Origin: Octopus bimaculoides
Taxonomy: Eukaryota
Assembly (NCBI RefSeq): GCF_001194135.2
Contig: NC_068985.1
Coordinates: 17,417,707-17,477,237, forward strand
Length of the DNA: 59,531 nucleotides
Direction of reading: 5' to 3'
How positions within the stretch are numbered: the stretch's first letter is position 1; each line of letters begins with the position of its first letter. The translations under genes and the position numbers were made by a program. Under the pieces are notes generated by a model, which was not told where the DNA came from, ran no database searches, and saw nothing but the letters and a program-made list of their open reading frames with translations. This document shows, one piece after another, positions 1 through 12,002 of the stretch.

Positions 1-78
1 CACCAGAGAGTCTACAAGTTGTTATACAACTTTGTATATAAAATAAATTTTACAAACAAACTTTTTAAAACATGAAAA

Positions 79-91
79 GATAGATAGATAT

Positions 92-131
<40 letters not shown>

Positions 132-151
132 GTAGATAGATAGATAGATAA

Positions 152-215
<64 letters not shown>

Positions 216-260
216 GTAGATAGATAGGTAGATAGATAGATAGATAGATAGATAGACAGA
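79..260. repeat. (GATA)n microsatellite
   Basis: Long near-perfect gata run; explains the YLSI-repeat ORFs at 12-301. Confidence 0.97.
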
Positions 261-533
261 TATGTATGAAGTGTTAGTGGTATCACTAATAACAAGCACA
301 TATAGGGCTCAAGACATTAAAATACCAAGCATTTACATCTGTTTGCACAAAATCATAAGATTATTAGATAAATATTTACATGTGCACACAAACATGCATG
401 CATGCACACATACGTACACATAAACGTGCACACACACGCATACACACACATACTCACATGCACACATGAATCGGATGAGTGTTTTATTTGAGTGCTGGAG
501 AGAAATTCTTTGTAATATTCCATATGCCATTAA

Positions 534-750
534 GGCGGTGGGCCGGCAGAATCGTTAGCAAACTGAGTAAAATGCTTTGCGGCATTTCATCCATCTTTAC
601 ATTCTGAGTTCAAATTCTGCTGAGGTCAACTTTGCTTTTCATCCTTTTAGGGTCACTAAAATAAGTGCCAGTCAAGCACTTGGATTGATGTAGTCAACTT
701 AGCCCCTCCCCTGAAATTACTGGCCTTGTGCCACAATATGAAATCAATAT
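534..750 (+). mobile_element. tRNA-related SINE, family B
   Basis: ggcggtg..ggcagaatcgttagc head, ttctgagttcaaat B-box-like motif and ctttcatcctttt..ggtc..taaaataagt core, shared with many copies in this window. Confidence 0.85.
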
Positions 751-1929
751 TACATATGTCACTGACTACATACACATAGAATTGTATGTGTGTGTGTGTT
801 TATGTGTGCATATATGTATCTGTGTGTGTGTGTGTGTGTATGCATGAGTATGAGAGAAAGAGGAGGGGAGATAGAGAGACTAATAAGAATTTCAGTTTGC
901 AGTTAAATTTAAACAATAATATTCTTGAATCAAATAGAATATTTATATAACCTTCATTTTAATTACCTTCTATACATGTTTGGCCCCTCTTTTAATTAAT
1001 TAGCTCTAGCATCAGAGCCCTTAATGATTTCATTGTCAAGTTCACTTGATTATAAAATTAGTTTTCAGAACATCTGACTTGTATGGAAACTGGTTTTGTT
1101 AATGCAAGCTACATAACTAAGTGTACCAATCAGTGAGGGAAAAAAATAATCAGTTAATAAGACTCCTTTATCAGTACCACTTCTCAAATTACAGTTATTC
1201 AGTAGATAAAGCCACTCAAGAAAAAAACATATTTGTTGCATGTTATTTATAACATACACAAATATCTTTTTAATGTATTGTCAGGATCTTTAGAGCAATG
1301 AATACTGTCATACAGTATTTTAGTTCTGGTCATTAAAAATTTTGAGTTGCAATGCCACCTTGGACAATTTGGTTTCCATCTTTCTGGAGTTGATAAAATG
1401 AAGTGCCAGTCAAGTACTGGAATTAATTAATTGACTATACTTACCCTTCATCCCTAATCTTTAATTACTTTTTTGTGCTAGTGATAGAAATCCTTTATAA
1501 ATCAGATAAAAGATGAGTAGCATGACCTAATTACAAAAGCATTGTTTATTTGCTGTCTAAGTCTGGCAGAAAGGACTCTCTGCCTATATCCTTTATAATT
1601 TAGCTGAGACTAATGAAACTGATACCATTGATATTCCACTTAAAGTAGTGCTAGTTAACAAGCGCAGGAATTCCAAAATACTGGGAAAGAAGTCAACTCA
1701 ATTGGGGCCAACTCAGTGCTAAATAACATACTGCCTTGATTCCATCTTCTAGGAAAATATTGAGTTGTCAGATAAGTTCCTTTGTTTCTCTCCAATGTTA
1801 TTTGAATTAATGCAAAAAATATTTTTACCATAATGTTATTTCGCTTTCTCTTGTAGCTTTATTCTTCCTCTACAACTTTTGTTTATCACTTTTAAAATTC
1901 TAATAAATTTTACTTCTTTTCAAGATTGA

Positions 1930-2105
1930 AAAGACGAGCATTTTCAACACCTGCTTCTCCTTGCTTTCAATCAAGATTACTACGGTACCAAAGTCATTTA
2001 AGACATTTACACTGTGTATGGAAAGGATGCTATTACTGTAAGAATGGTACAGAAATCGTTTCCATGTTTTAAGGCAGGGAAATTCAACATCACAAACTCT
2101 ACACA
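1930..2105 (+). mobile_element. Mariner transposase N-terminal (HTH) fragment
   Basis: YGKDAITVRMVQKSFPCFKAGKFNI matches the mariner motif YG..A...R....WF.RF..G.F. Confidence 0.7.
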
Positions 2106-2184
2106 TTTATACTATATCACCGTCTCTCACTTTCTCTTATTATTTTCCTATCTCCTCTCTTTCGATATATATATATATATGTCT

Positions 2185-2500
2185 TGTAGCTCCAAATGAT
2201 GTCATCTGTGGTGCAGTGTTATATTGTCTAATTTTGTTTTGGAACTGCTTGGAATCTTGGTCAGTTGATGACAACAGTTTTTTCAATGGCTCTGGAGGTT
2301 GGGTAATTGCAGGGAATTTAACCTTTCCACCACTGCAGCACAGTGCAGGTATCTCTCCAGGCCACTTCCTTGCTTTACAATATGTATGCACTCAGTTGTC
2401 ATTGCCTAATGGAAACTAGTGTCATTTGTATAATGGACTGCTGGATCATAATTGAAAGCTGCTTCACTGAAGTTGCTTCTCTGAGCTGTTGCAACTGCTC
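2185..2500 (-). mobile_element. Helitron Rep-helicase N-terminal fragment
   Basis: C.YCKARKWPGEIPALCCSGGKVKFPAITQPPEPLKKLL...FQNKIRQYN..QMTSFGA, preceded (frameshifted) by AAFNYDP; characteristic animal Helitron pre-Rep segment. Confidence 0.85.
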
Positions 2501-2639
2501 TTCATTCTGCAGTGGAGATCCTATTCCTTGTCAGCTGTGCATATCCCTGTTCATCACTTTGAGATGCTCTGACTTTTGTAGTGCACAGTCTGTCTGTTTC
2601 TTGGTATGCTTCCCTTTCCGCAGCTGTGTCTCTTTCCCT

Positions 2640-2872
2640 GGACACAGATGAAATACTGCTAAGCATTTCGCCCGGCATGCTAACATTTCTGACAGCTTGC
2701 CGCCTTCTGTTCTGTGCCCATTTCCTTCCTCTTAGCAGTTCGGCAAAAGAGACCGATAGAATAAATACTAGGCTTACAAAGAATAAGTCCTGGAGTCAAT
2801 TTGCTTGACTAAAGGTGGTGCTCCAGCATGGCCGCAGTCAAATGACTGAAACAAGTAAAAGAGTAAAAGAGT
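2640..2872. mobile_element. Juxtaposed SINE fragments: family B head (minus, about 2640-2705) and family C tail (plus, about 2731-2872)
   Basis: Matches to other copies in the window; the family C tail ends in gagtaaaa repeats. Confidence 0.7.
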
Positions 2873-2934
2873 AATCATCTTCTAGCATAAAGCACCCAAC
2901 TTCTTGGGATTTGTACTCTAACATACTGCATGGC

Positions 2935-3125
2935 AACCTCACTAGTGCTGGCAGCATGATAAAATGCACAAGTACATGCTTGAAAGTGGTTGGCATTAGA
3001 AAGGGAATTCAACCATAGAAACTATGCCAAAGAAGACATTGGACCATGATGCAATCCTTGGATCCATCTGATCCTATCAAACCATTCAGCCTATGTCAGT
3101 ATGGAACATGGACATGGAAATAATG
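2935..3125 (+). mobile_element. Degraded 3' end of (GAT)n-tailed retroelement, family D
   Basis: gtggttggcattagaaagggaattcaaccatagaaac...catggaacatggac, similar to copies at 5.7, 6.9, 23.6 and 54.3 kb. Confidence 0.65.
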
Positions 3126-3537
3126 CTAAGAATACGAAGTGAAACTATTGAAGCCAGTGGGATTGTAATTTGCCAGTGCCTTAGCAGTGAACCAAAAGTA
3201 AAAGAATTATTTTCTTTGCAATGAAATGAAAGTGATATAAACCTGATGTAACAAAATGGTAATTGCATAATCTGAGATTTTGTAAAATGTTTTTGATTTA
3301 TTTTATTTTATTATTTTTTCAATAATAAACTACAACATAAGAATTTGACAGGATAATACTGTTGAAGGCATTTAACTGCTGTCCAGCAGTACATAAGCTC
3401 TACAAAACATTGTGCAGTGTTTTACCAAACACATTAGTTCATTACAGCATACCACTGAATTACAGCATACCTAGAATTCACACCTGGGTCCCTATCTGAT
3501 GCAAATAAACAACTAAGAACCATGAACATGATTCACC

Positions 3538-3585
3538 TATAGGAAAGTGGTTATACACCATTAGGTGTACACCCGCTTTCCTATA
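3538..3585. repeat. 48-bp imperfect inverted repeat (22-bp arms, 4-nt loop)
   Basis: tataggaaagtggttatacacc-atta-ggtgtacacccgctttcctata; 3 mismatches between arms. Confidence 0.85.
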
Positions 3586-3599
3586 TTAAATTCTAAATA

Positions 3600-3925
3600 A
3601 TAACGGAACGCAGAACTCTGAACAATCAACACAACAATATTTATTTATGGAGGAAATAGGCAGCCTTAATCTTGGTTGCTGAGACGTTGGAATGTTGGAA
3701 TGAGCTGTCCCCAGAGCTGGAATGCTAGAGAGACAGCTTGACGCGACCATGCTCATGGCCGGCCGGCCGAGAAAGAGAATGAAAAAAACGGGAACGTTTA
3801 GATGTTGAATTCCACGCATGCGCATGGGACTCTTCCTGTGTTCCTTCCAGAACTATTCCCTGCGCATGCGTAGATGAAAACGCAGCAATGGCGACTGTAT
3901 TTTGGCACCAAATGACGTCACTACA
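3600..3925. other. CpG-rich segment: solo LTR-like or promoter-like
   Basis: Minus strand starts TGTAGTGAC and contains AATAAA; two gcgcatgcg motifs and tgacgtca (3913-3920). No clean TG..CA pair with TSD found. Confidence 0.4.
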
Positions 3926-5692
3926 CACCCAAAATATTGTTGATGTCATCAAAACTTTAACCATTCAAAACTTCTGGTGAAACAGGATTAAATCTTTGAT
4001 GCACTTTTTCTGACCAAGAGCATTGGCTATATATTTTGTGCATTTTTAACCACTAAGAGTGGGAACCAACAACAGAGAGCAGACCAGTGTCACTGCGCCA
4101 AAACAATGGACAATGATGATAATGGTGGCAGCATGCCGTAGCCAGTTAACTCCAACAAACACGACAGTGGCTACTATTATATCTGATCCAACAACATCTC
4201 ATATAAACTTCGAATTTACTTATGTAAACATCTTTTCTTTGTCATCTATTATAATGACAACATTTATTTGTTAACAATAAAAATGAATACTTTTGCACAA
4301 AAAAAAACTCAGCAGAATTTGTGTTCTTTTGATACTGAATTGTAACACCATTCACACACACAGAAACATCTTCTCACTACATATTAATCCCAATGATGCA
4401 AGTTAACTGTACTTTCAATGTTTATCATATCAATACAAATATCAACTATAACATAATTCCTTCCAGTCAGCTCATCAATGTTAATATAATGTCCACAATT
4501 CTCAGAGTAGCTTCTTGTACAAAAGAGTCAACCATTTTCTTCTATACAGAAACAACTTCAAAATAAACTTTTAGTTCCAAAGAAAACCATTCCTCCAGTT
4601 GCATTTCATTCCAGAGTATAATTTAGTACTACCAAACATAATTGAACTTTTATTTTATTATGCTGATTTCTGATGACTTCAGTAGCTTCCCTTTCTGAAT
4701 CATAAGCCTAAATATCACCCATTTTCATTCAGTTTTAGTTACATTTTCTTGCTAATCTTCATGATGTGAAATTATAGTGAAGCTTCTTGGAAGCTATTTC
4801 TCTATAGCACACCCATTTTGAAATTCTTTCAGCAGGAAATTCTGTTACTATGATGTTCTCAGATTACCTTTATATTTCCTGTTCACATTTCATCCAGTTG
4901 AAAGCCTGTGAGGCGGTGCTCTATATAGTCACTCGATCTACTAAAAACAGTAGTCAAATGTCACCCAAATCACACCATGCTGGCTTCGAAAAAGAAAAGA
5001 CATATTGGATTATGTAGTTCTAGATATATTGAGGTCTGGAAAAAAAAAAAGAAAAGAAAAAGATGAGATGTATGGTCATGTCTGAAATATCTTTGATTAT
5101 AAGTCAGATTGGTCAGAGCTAACCCACAAGGAAACAACAGCAAAAGTAATTAATTACATCCTGTTTATATGATCCTGTTTTGATTTTTACAATGAAGATT
5201 ATTTGTTTACCAGGCCATATCGTGTTTCCTGTTGGTAGGTTTTTATTGAAGTAGGGTATCTTAAATGGAAATCAGATAGACAAAGGTTAAAGAAAACTAA
5301 TACTATCCTTAATTCATAGCTTTGATAGATTTGCAAATGTGTTCAAGAATGATAGTTAGAGAAAAGGTTGTTACGGATACAGGAAAATGCTTTTGTGAGT
5401 TCTATTTGTAAATGGCAATAATCAATATCTGTTAAGGAAAAGCAGAAGAGGTAGGGAAATTCTAAAACATGCAGGGTTAATAGGTTGTAAATCACTGATA
5501 TATTCTGTGATTGCTGAAGAGTGTTAGCCAAAGAAAATAACTTGGTAATACACTAATCTACTGTAGTATCTCAGAGGATAGTGGAGTGAGAACCTGGCTG
5601 AGATTCAAACCATAGTTCTCAGATTTTCTCAGTCTAGAATCACAACTTAATATATTAGCATAAAAGGAAAAGGTTGCCAATAAAGGTATTAA

Positions 5693-5730
<38 letters not shown>

Positions 5731-5970
5731 CCATCATCATCGACATCATTTAACATCTGCCTTCCATGCTGGCAAGGGTTGGATTTTCAGACAGGAGCTG
5801 GCAAGCTTGAGAGCTGCACCAGGCTCCAATTGTCTCTTTTGGCATGGTTTCTTCAGTTGGATGCCCTTTTTAATGCCAACCACTTCACATAGTATACTGG
5901 ATGCTTTTTATGTGGAAGCAGCACAGAGAGCTTTCCCCATGGCACCAGCATTTGTGCTTTTTACATGGCA
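5693..5970 (-). mobile_element. Family D retroelement 3' end with (GAT)n tail
   Basis: (tca)n at about 5693-5745 followed by tttaacatctgccttccatgctggc...gctgcaccaggctcc...ggatgcccttt. Confidence 0.8.
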
Positions 5971-6589
5971 CTAGCACAGGTGTTTTTCACATGGGTGCTT
6001 TTTATGTGGCATCAGCAAATATAGTTTGACCAATTAACACTGACAGATTTATGGCCAGGGCAGCATCTTCATAGGAAGTGCACAAGCTTTCTTGCCAAAT
6101 GGATTCTAGAATTTTCATGGCTGATAGCTATTCAAAGGTGAACAAATTCAATTTAGAGGAGACCTATTTTAAGATTTGCATGGGTAGTTCATTTTTTACC
6201 TCATCTGATAGTCATTCATCTCTTTCATCTCCCTTTCCCATTTACAGGCTTAACAACAACTATTAATGACAATGATAACAATGATGGTAATGATGGCAGT
6301 GGCGGCAGCGCTGGTGACAGTGGTGGTGGTGATGAATTCAAACTGGGACTAAGCATTCAATATAAATGTGATGGCAGATCCTAACATTTGAACTGAGAAT
6401 CCATACATCAACAACCATGATCTGTGAGCTGGGATGTGGACGACAAGTCTGTTCCATCATTAACTAAATTCAGTCTACAAACCACCTCCAATGTATTTGT
6501 TCACACTTATGAGATATTTGGCCTCACTGCCAGCAGACTAAAGGCAAATATTCTTGCACAATATCCACTTGGAACTATCAGAAGACTTC

Positions 6590-6900
6590 TTCAAATTACT
6601 GTCGATGGTGATCCAGTTGAAGAAGTTTCATTCTTCACCTATTTTGGCTCTGTGTTGTCTAAAACCTGCTCTCTCAAAGATGGTATCACCAATTGATTGC
6701 AAGTAGCCCATAAAGTCTTTGGACACCTCTGACAAATGTAACCTTAGGTTCAAAGCAAAGGTTCTGGTATCTCCAGCTGCTGTATTCTTTGAAATGAGGA
6801 CAGCATACCATCAACAACAAAGGCATCGAATTAAGGCATTTTATCAAGCTCAGCTGCAATCAAACTTGAATTTTAAATGAGATGACTGTGTCACAAACAA
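6590..6900 (+). mobile_element. Decayed RTE-clade LINE RT fragment
   Basis: ITVDGDPVEEVSFFTYFGSVLS...ITN*LQVAHKVFGHL resembles the post-YADD RTE motif (V..F.YLGS..Ri.kA..aFg.L). Confidence 0.7.
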
Positions 6901-7140
6901 CAATATACTGGCAATGATAAAATGTGTGCAAATTTTGAACAGTGGTTTGTGTTGGGAAAGGCATCCAACTGTAGAAACTTGGCCAAAACTGAGACAGCAC
7001 TAACTCCAAATAAAAACCAAGACCATAATGAACCATTCAACCCCATGGGAAATGGATGTAAAATGATGCTGATGATGATGCTGACGATGACAGCAATGAC
7101 AGTAATGGTGATGACAACAATGATGGTGCTGGGGGTGGGT
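6900..7140 (+). mobile_element. Family D retroelement 3' end with degenerate (GAT)n tail
   Basis: gtggtttgtgttgggaaaggcatccaactgtagaaac...atggatgtaaaatgatgctgatgatg. Confidence 0.7.
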
Positions 7141-7144
7141 GATG

Positions 7145-7169
7145 ATACACACACACACACACACACACA

Positions 7170-7203
<34 letters not shown>

Positions 7204-7230
7204 TATTATGTATGTATATGCATATATATC

Positions 7231-7274
<44 letters not shown>

Positions 7275-7297
7275 AAGAGAGAGAGAGAAAGAGAGAG

Positions 7298-7372
<75 letters not shown>
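7145..7372. repeat. Compound (CA)n/(TA)n/(GA)n microsatellite
   Basis: Direct inspection; source of the THTH/RERE ORFs. Confidence 0.95.
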
Positions 7373-7373
<1 letters not shown>

Positions 7374-7469
7374 AGACCCCCTTCGGTCATGAATGATCAT
7401 GGGATGCAAGTAGAAAGTCCACACAAACACACACACATACACACAAGGCACAAGTCTAGGCAAGATTGT

Positions 7470-7702
7470 TTGTAGAAGACCAGCAGTTGCCCATGCATAC
7501 CAGTCTCCCCTCTGCGCAGCACCGATGTTATCCAAAGGAAGGGCAAAGACTGATACAGCTTGGCACCAGTGAAACTGAGTGAACTGGAGCAATGCAAATA
7601 AAGTAAAGTGTCTTGCTCAAGAACACAGCCTGGTCTGGGAGTCAAACTCAAAAATCTCATATTGTAAGCCTTACACTCTAACCACTGAACCATGTGCCTT
7701 CA
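7470..7702 (-). mobile_element. tRNA-derived SINE
   Basis: Minus strand reads tggttcagtggttagagtg (A-box-like), gagtttgactccc (B-box-like), then ttcttgagcaagacactttac. Confidence 0.7.
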
Positions 7703-7871
7703 CACACACACACGTACGCATGCACACATGCACACATGCAAGCATGCATGCACACACACCCACACCCACACACACGCACACACATTCCCCCTGTCCCCAT
7801 TTGTTTACTAATCCTTTTGTGTGACATGGTTTTATTCTAATCTGGTGTCTATTAAAACATAATAATAATGA

Positions 7872-7915
<44 letters not shown>

Positions 7916-7918
<3 letters not shown>

Positions 7919-8345
7919 TAGTTTTATTTTTATAACGTGCTTTCACTTCACTACCGAGTGCAGCTCTGTGCGCCTTGGGTATGTGCTGTGGTTTGCTGTG
8001 GTGCTCTTATGTTTACTGTATTGAAAGTGTTTTGCGTAGAATGTGTGCAGTACCCAGGAGTGCAATTTTCTGTATGTTATATATATTTGTAAGTCCTGGT
8101 GTTTTTGTTATGTATTTGTCTGAATATTTTTTTATTATACCTAAGGCACCTACTATGATAGGAATTGTTTCTGTTTTTAGACTCCTCATTCGAGTTATCT
8201 CTATTTCCAGGTCTTTGTATTTTGAAAGTTTTTCCATTTCTTTTAGAGAAACGTTGTCATCTGCTGGTATTGATACATCAATTAGAAAGCATTTTTTTTC
8301 TTCATGATCTTTGACAACTATATCTGGTCTATTTGCCTTAATTTC
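7916..8345 (-). mobile_element. 5'-truncated R4/Dong-clade non-LTR retrotransposon (restriction-like endonuclease end)
   Basis: NRPDIVVKDHEEKKCFLIDVSIPADDNVSLKEMEKLSKYKDL...IIVGALG...QKIALLGTAHILRKTL; PD..D RLE motif; (TAA)n on both sides. Confidence 0.85.
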
Positions 8346-8564
8346 TTCTTCTTATTATTATTATTATCATTATTATTATCATTATTATTATTGGAGCGTA
8401 AAATCCGTCTTCATTGATTTTAATTTGTATATTATTCTTAATAACTCAACCATGAATTAGGATTTGGTACCTAATTATTTTTTTACTGAGATAATATCAA
8501 TAATATCAAGCTGTCAAGAGTGCCTCTACATGTTCAATTGATCTACTAGAAATAACAGCTAATC

Positions 8565-9052
8565 CCAGGACTTATTCTTTGTAAGCCTAGTACTTATTCT
8601 ATCGGTTCCTTTTGCCAAACCACTAAGTGACAGGGATGTAAATACACCAACATCAGTTGTCAAGCGATGATGGGGGGTCAAACACAGACACAAATAGACT
8701 GCGGCCATGCTGGAGCATCGCCTTGAAGAATTTTAGTTGGATGAATCAACCCCAGTACTTTCTTTCCAGCCTGGTACTTATTCTATTGGTCTCATTTGCC
8801 AAACTGCTAAGTTACAGGGATGTAAGCACACTAACACCAGTTGTCAAGCGGTGGGAGTGGGGAGCACAGACACAAAGACACACACACATAGATATATACA
8901 TATTTACATATATATACAATGGGCTTCCTTCAATTTCCATCCACTCACAAGGCTTTGGTCAGCCGGGGGCACTTACCCAAGGTGCCATGCAGTGGGACTG
9001 AACCCGGAACCATGTAAGCAAGCGTCTTACCACACAGCCACATCTGCGCCTC
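8565..9052 (-). mobile_element. tRNA-derived SINE, family C
   Basis: Rearranged copy; head ends ttaccacacagccac; body taagcctagtacttattctatcgg...gttgtcaagcg. Confidence 0.85.
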
Positions 9053-9147
9053 TGTGTGTGTGTGGGGTGCATGTGTGTGCATGGGTGAATATTTATATAT
9101 ATGTATATATGCATGTGTAAGTGTATTTTTGCTGGTGTGGAAGAGAA

Positions 9148-9190
<43 letters not shown>

Positions 9191-9194
9191 ATAC

Positions 9195-9340
9195 AGGTGC
9201 AGGAGTAGCTGAGGTGAAAAGTTTGCTTCCCAAGCACATGGTTCCAGGTTCAATGCCACAGTGTTTTCTGTTACAGCCTCAGGCCAACCAAAGCCATCTG
9301 AGGGGTTTTAGCACATGGAAACTGAAAGAAGTTTGTCGAG
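9195..9340 (+). mobile_element. Family C SINE head fragment
   Basis: aagtttgcttcccaagcacatggttccaggttcaatgcc...gaaactgaaagaag. Confidence 0.7.
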
Positions 9341-9943
9341 TGTGTGTGTGTGTGTGCACGCGCGTGTATTTTCACTGAGTTAAATAAGTGGAAGACAGTG
9401 TTCATACAGTGTATCTCTTTCATGAATTATTCATGTAAACATGTGTGTATGAATGCATGTATGTATATGTGTCATTTTGGAACAATGCTTTTGTGTTAAC
9501 TTATTTGCATACTTATGAAGAATTGACATGAAATTTTCTTTTTGTTTGCTTTTTTACTTTTTTTTTTTTACCTAAACACGCATTGTAACTTGGCACTGCC
9601 TACTGTTTTCCATTGTTGTTTTGTGAGATTTGAGTAAATAGGTTACAGAAAAATTTCTTCTTACATGTCCTATCCTTCACCTAGAAAAAGGCAAAGAAAA
9701 CATTCTTGTAACCTCCTCTTGAGAAGAAGAAGAAAACAGATTTAAAATTTAAAGAAAAAAAAAAGCACTAATTGATTTCAAAATACATAACCATATAAAA
9801 ATAATATTGGAGCAAAAGATAACTATAAATTTACAAAAAAGGTGAAAAAGAAAGTAAAAATATTCCTATGGCTTAAATTATACAGAAAACATGATCTATT
9901 AACAACAGCATTACCAGCAGTCGCAGCAATAACTACTACCAGG

Positions 9944-9944
<1 letters not shown>

Positions 9945-10016
<72 letters not shown>
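9945..10016. repeat. (AAT)n microsatellite
   Basis: Direct inspection (poly-Ile ORF artefact). Confidence 0.95.
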
Positions 10017-10019
<3 letters not shown>

Positions 10020-10199
10020 CAATATATCATAAACAAAAACAAGATCATTACATAATTGTTATGTATTTTGGAGGGAAAACATTTCTGAGGTAAAGAATGT
10101 ACGTGGTGTTATTTCTACAATAACTACCTCTATGTGTTTGTTCGACCTGCTAGAAATAACAGCTGAATTCTTTCAAATCACTCCCTATTGACTTTTTTC

Positions 10200-10585
10200 T
10201 TTTACTTGTTTTCAGTCATTTGACTGCGGCCATACTGGGGCACTACCTTTTGTCGAACAATTCGACCCCAAGATTTATTCTTTGTAATCCTAGTACTTAT
10301 TCTATCGGTCTATTTTGCCAAACCGCTACGTTACAGGTACATAAACACACCAACATCGGTTGTCAAGCGACGGTGGGAGGACAAACACAGACACACAAAT
10401 ATACCCACACACACACATATACGATGAGCTTCTTTCAGTTTCCATCTACCAAATCCACTCACAAAGCTTTGGTTGGCCCGAGGCTATAGTAGAAGACACT
10501 TGCCCAAGGTGCCACGCGGTGGAACTGGACCCGGAACCATGTGGTTCGGAAGCAAGTTTCTTACCACACAGCCACACCTGTGCCT
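10200..10585 (-). mobile_element. Near full-length family C SINE
   Basis: Runs from tttcagtcatttgactgcggccat to ttaccacacagccacacctg; CpGs retained, so relatively young. Confidence 0.9.
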
Positions 10586-10854
10586 TGTAAAAAGAAATAC
10601 ACATTGTGCGACATATTCCTAATTTTGCAAACATTTGGGATGGTCACAGCTGGATTGCCTTTGATTCTTGATCATAGGTTTGCCAACCTGAAGTTAAACA
10701 ACAATGTTTTCTGACAAATTCTTGAGCCTGCACTAGAAGTCTTCCTTTATAATAGTGGTTCTCAACAGGGAACCACATGATCCTTGGGGTCCACATGACC
10801 CTTGGGTGGGGGTCCATGTAAGATTTTATAGCTAAAGTTTCTTTTATCATTTAT

Positions 10855-11045
10855 GTTTTACCTGTTTCAGTCATTAGACAGTGGCCATGCTGGGGCACTG
10901 CCTTGAATTTTTAGTCGAACGACTCAACCTCAGTACTTCTTTTTTAAGCCTAGTACTTAATCAATCAGTCTCTTTTGCTAAATGCTAAACTGCTAAGTTA
11001 CTGAGATGTCAAGTGGTGATGGGGGGACAAACACACACACACACA
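10855..11045 (-). mobile_element. Family C SINE 3' part
   Basis: tttcagtcattagacagtggccatgctggggcac...taagcctagtactt. Confidence 0.8.
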
Positions 11046-11384
11046 GAGAATATAACATATTATGGATTAAAGCTAAACTGAAAGATATATACCAAAGAAA
11101 TATATGGAAACAGTAGAACACATTAAGTCAAATGAACAGGATCACTAGCCTAATGATTGTGTGTGGAGGAAAGAGCAGGGGTCATTGGAGTCGTAGTTCA
11201 GAACCAGGTCAGAACTGACTCAGGCAGACATATTACCAAAGGCATTTTGGCCATGACCATCTTATCTTTTCCTAACATGCAATGAACCCAAGCCAACATT
11301 AGCCAATATGACTTTTTCCAAAACAGCAGTGTATAACTTGAGGAAGATTTAGTTGCTATTTCTAGCAGGTTAGACGACCACATA

Positions 11385-11601
11385 CGAGAGGGTGCTGAAA
11401 AATTCCTGGTTTTAAGAGTATCTTGAAAGGCCTGGTTGGAGGCCCAAACTTCCAAGTTCTTTTATTGGGCTTAGAAAAAATGAAGGACGACTGCAATAAA
11501 TGTGTGAATCTAAGAGAAAAACATGTTGAATAAAATTATAATTAACTGATCCTCCTGTATTTTCTTTAACTCAAAACAAGGAACTTTTCAGCACCCCCTT
11601 A
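11385..11601. mobile_element. Mariner-derived MITE (about 217 bp) with TIRs and TA target duplication
   Basis: TA-cgagagggtgctgaaaaattcc ... ggaacttttcagcaccccctta-TA; internal remnant resembles a mariner C-terminus (..KCV.L..). Confidence 0.8.
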
Positions 11602-12002
11602 TAAAGGTGCTTTGTGGTTGACTCGAAACTAGTTGTTGTTTTAATTTAACTTTTTTAAACATATCTTCTAAATTATTCGCTAATGTTAAAAGAGATATAA
11701 TTATCTACAACTTTGGTGACATCTTGATTTATTGTGCAGTTATGTTTACATCCTGTTTCTTCTTATATCCTGGTTACTTTGAGATTGGTTTGAATATAAT
11801 TTTGTTGTTACCATTGTATGAGTACAGGCCAATAGATGTTTTAGAATAAGGCTAAAAATACTTCCTGATATAAAATTAATTCATGTTCTCTACACTGTGT
11901 AGTATACTGAAACTAGTATGAGAGTAGCATTAGTAACACTAAGTGCCAAATCTACACCACTAAATGAAATATTCTATATATTGCTTGTGTGAGAGATCAT
12001 GA

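Noticed and set aside
6922-7592. Long ORFs with THTH, RERE, SLSL, CVCV or poly-M/I/D runs (also 12-301, 5558-5892, 9842-10093, 19676-19966, 23656-23929)
   Set aside because: Translations of microsatellites.
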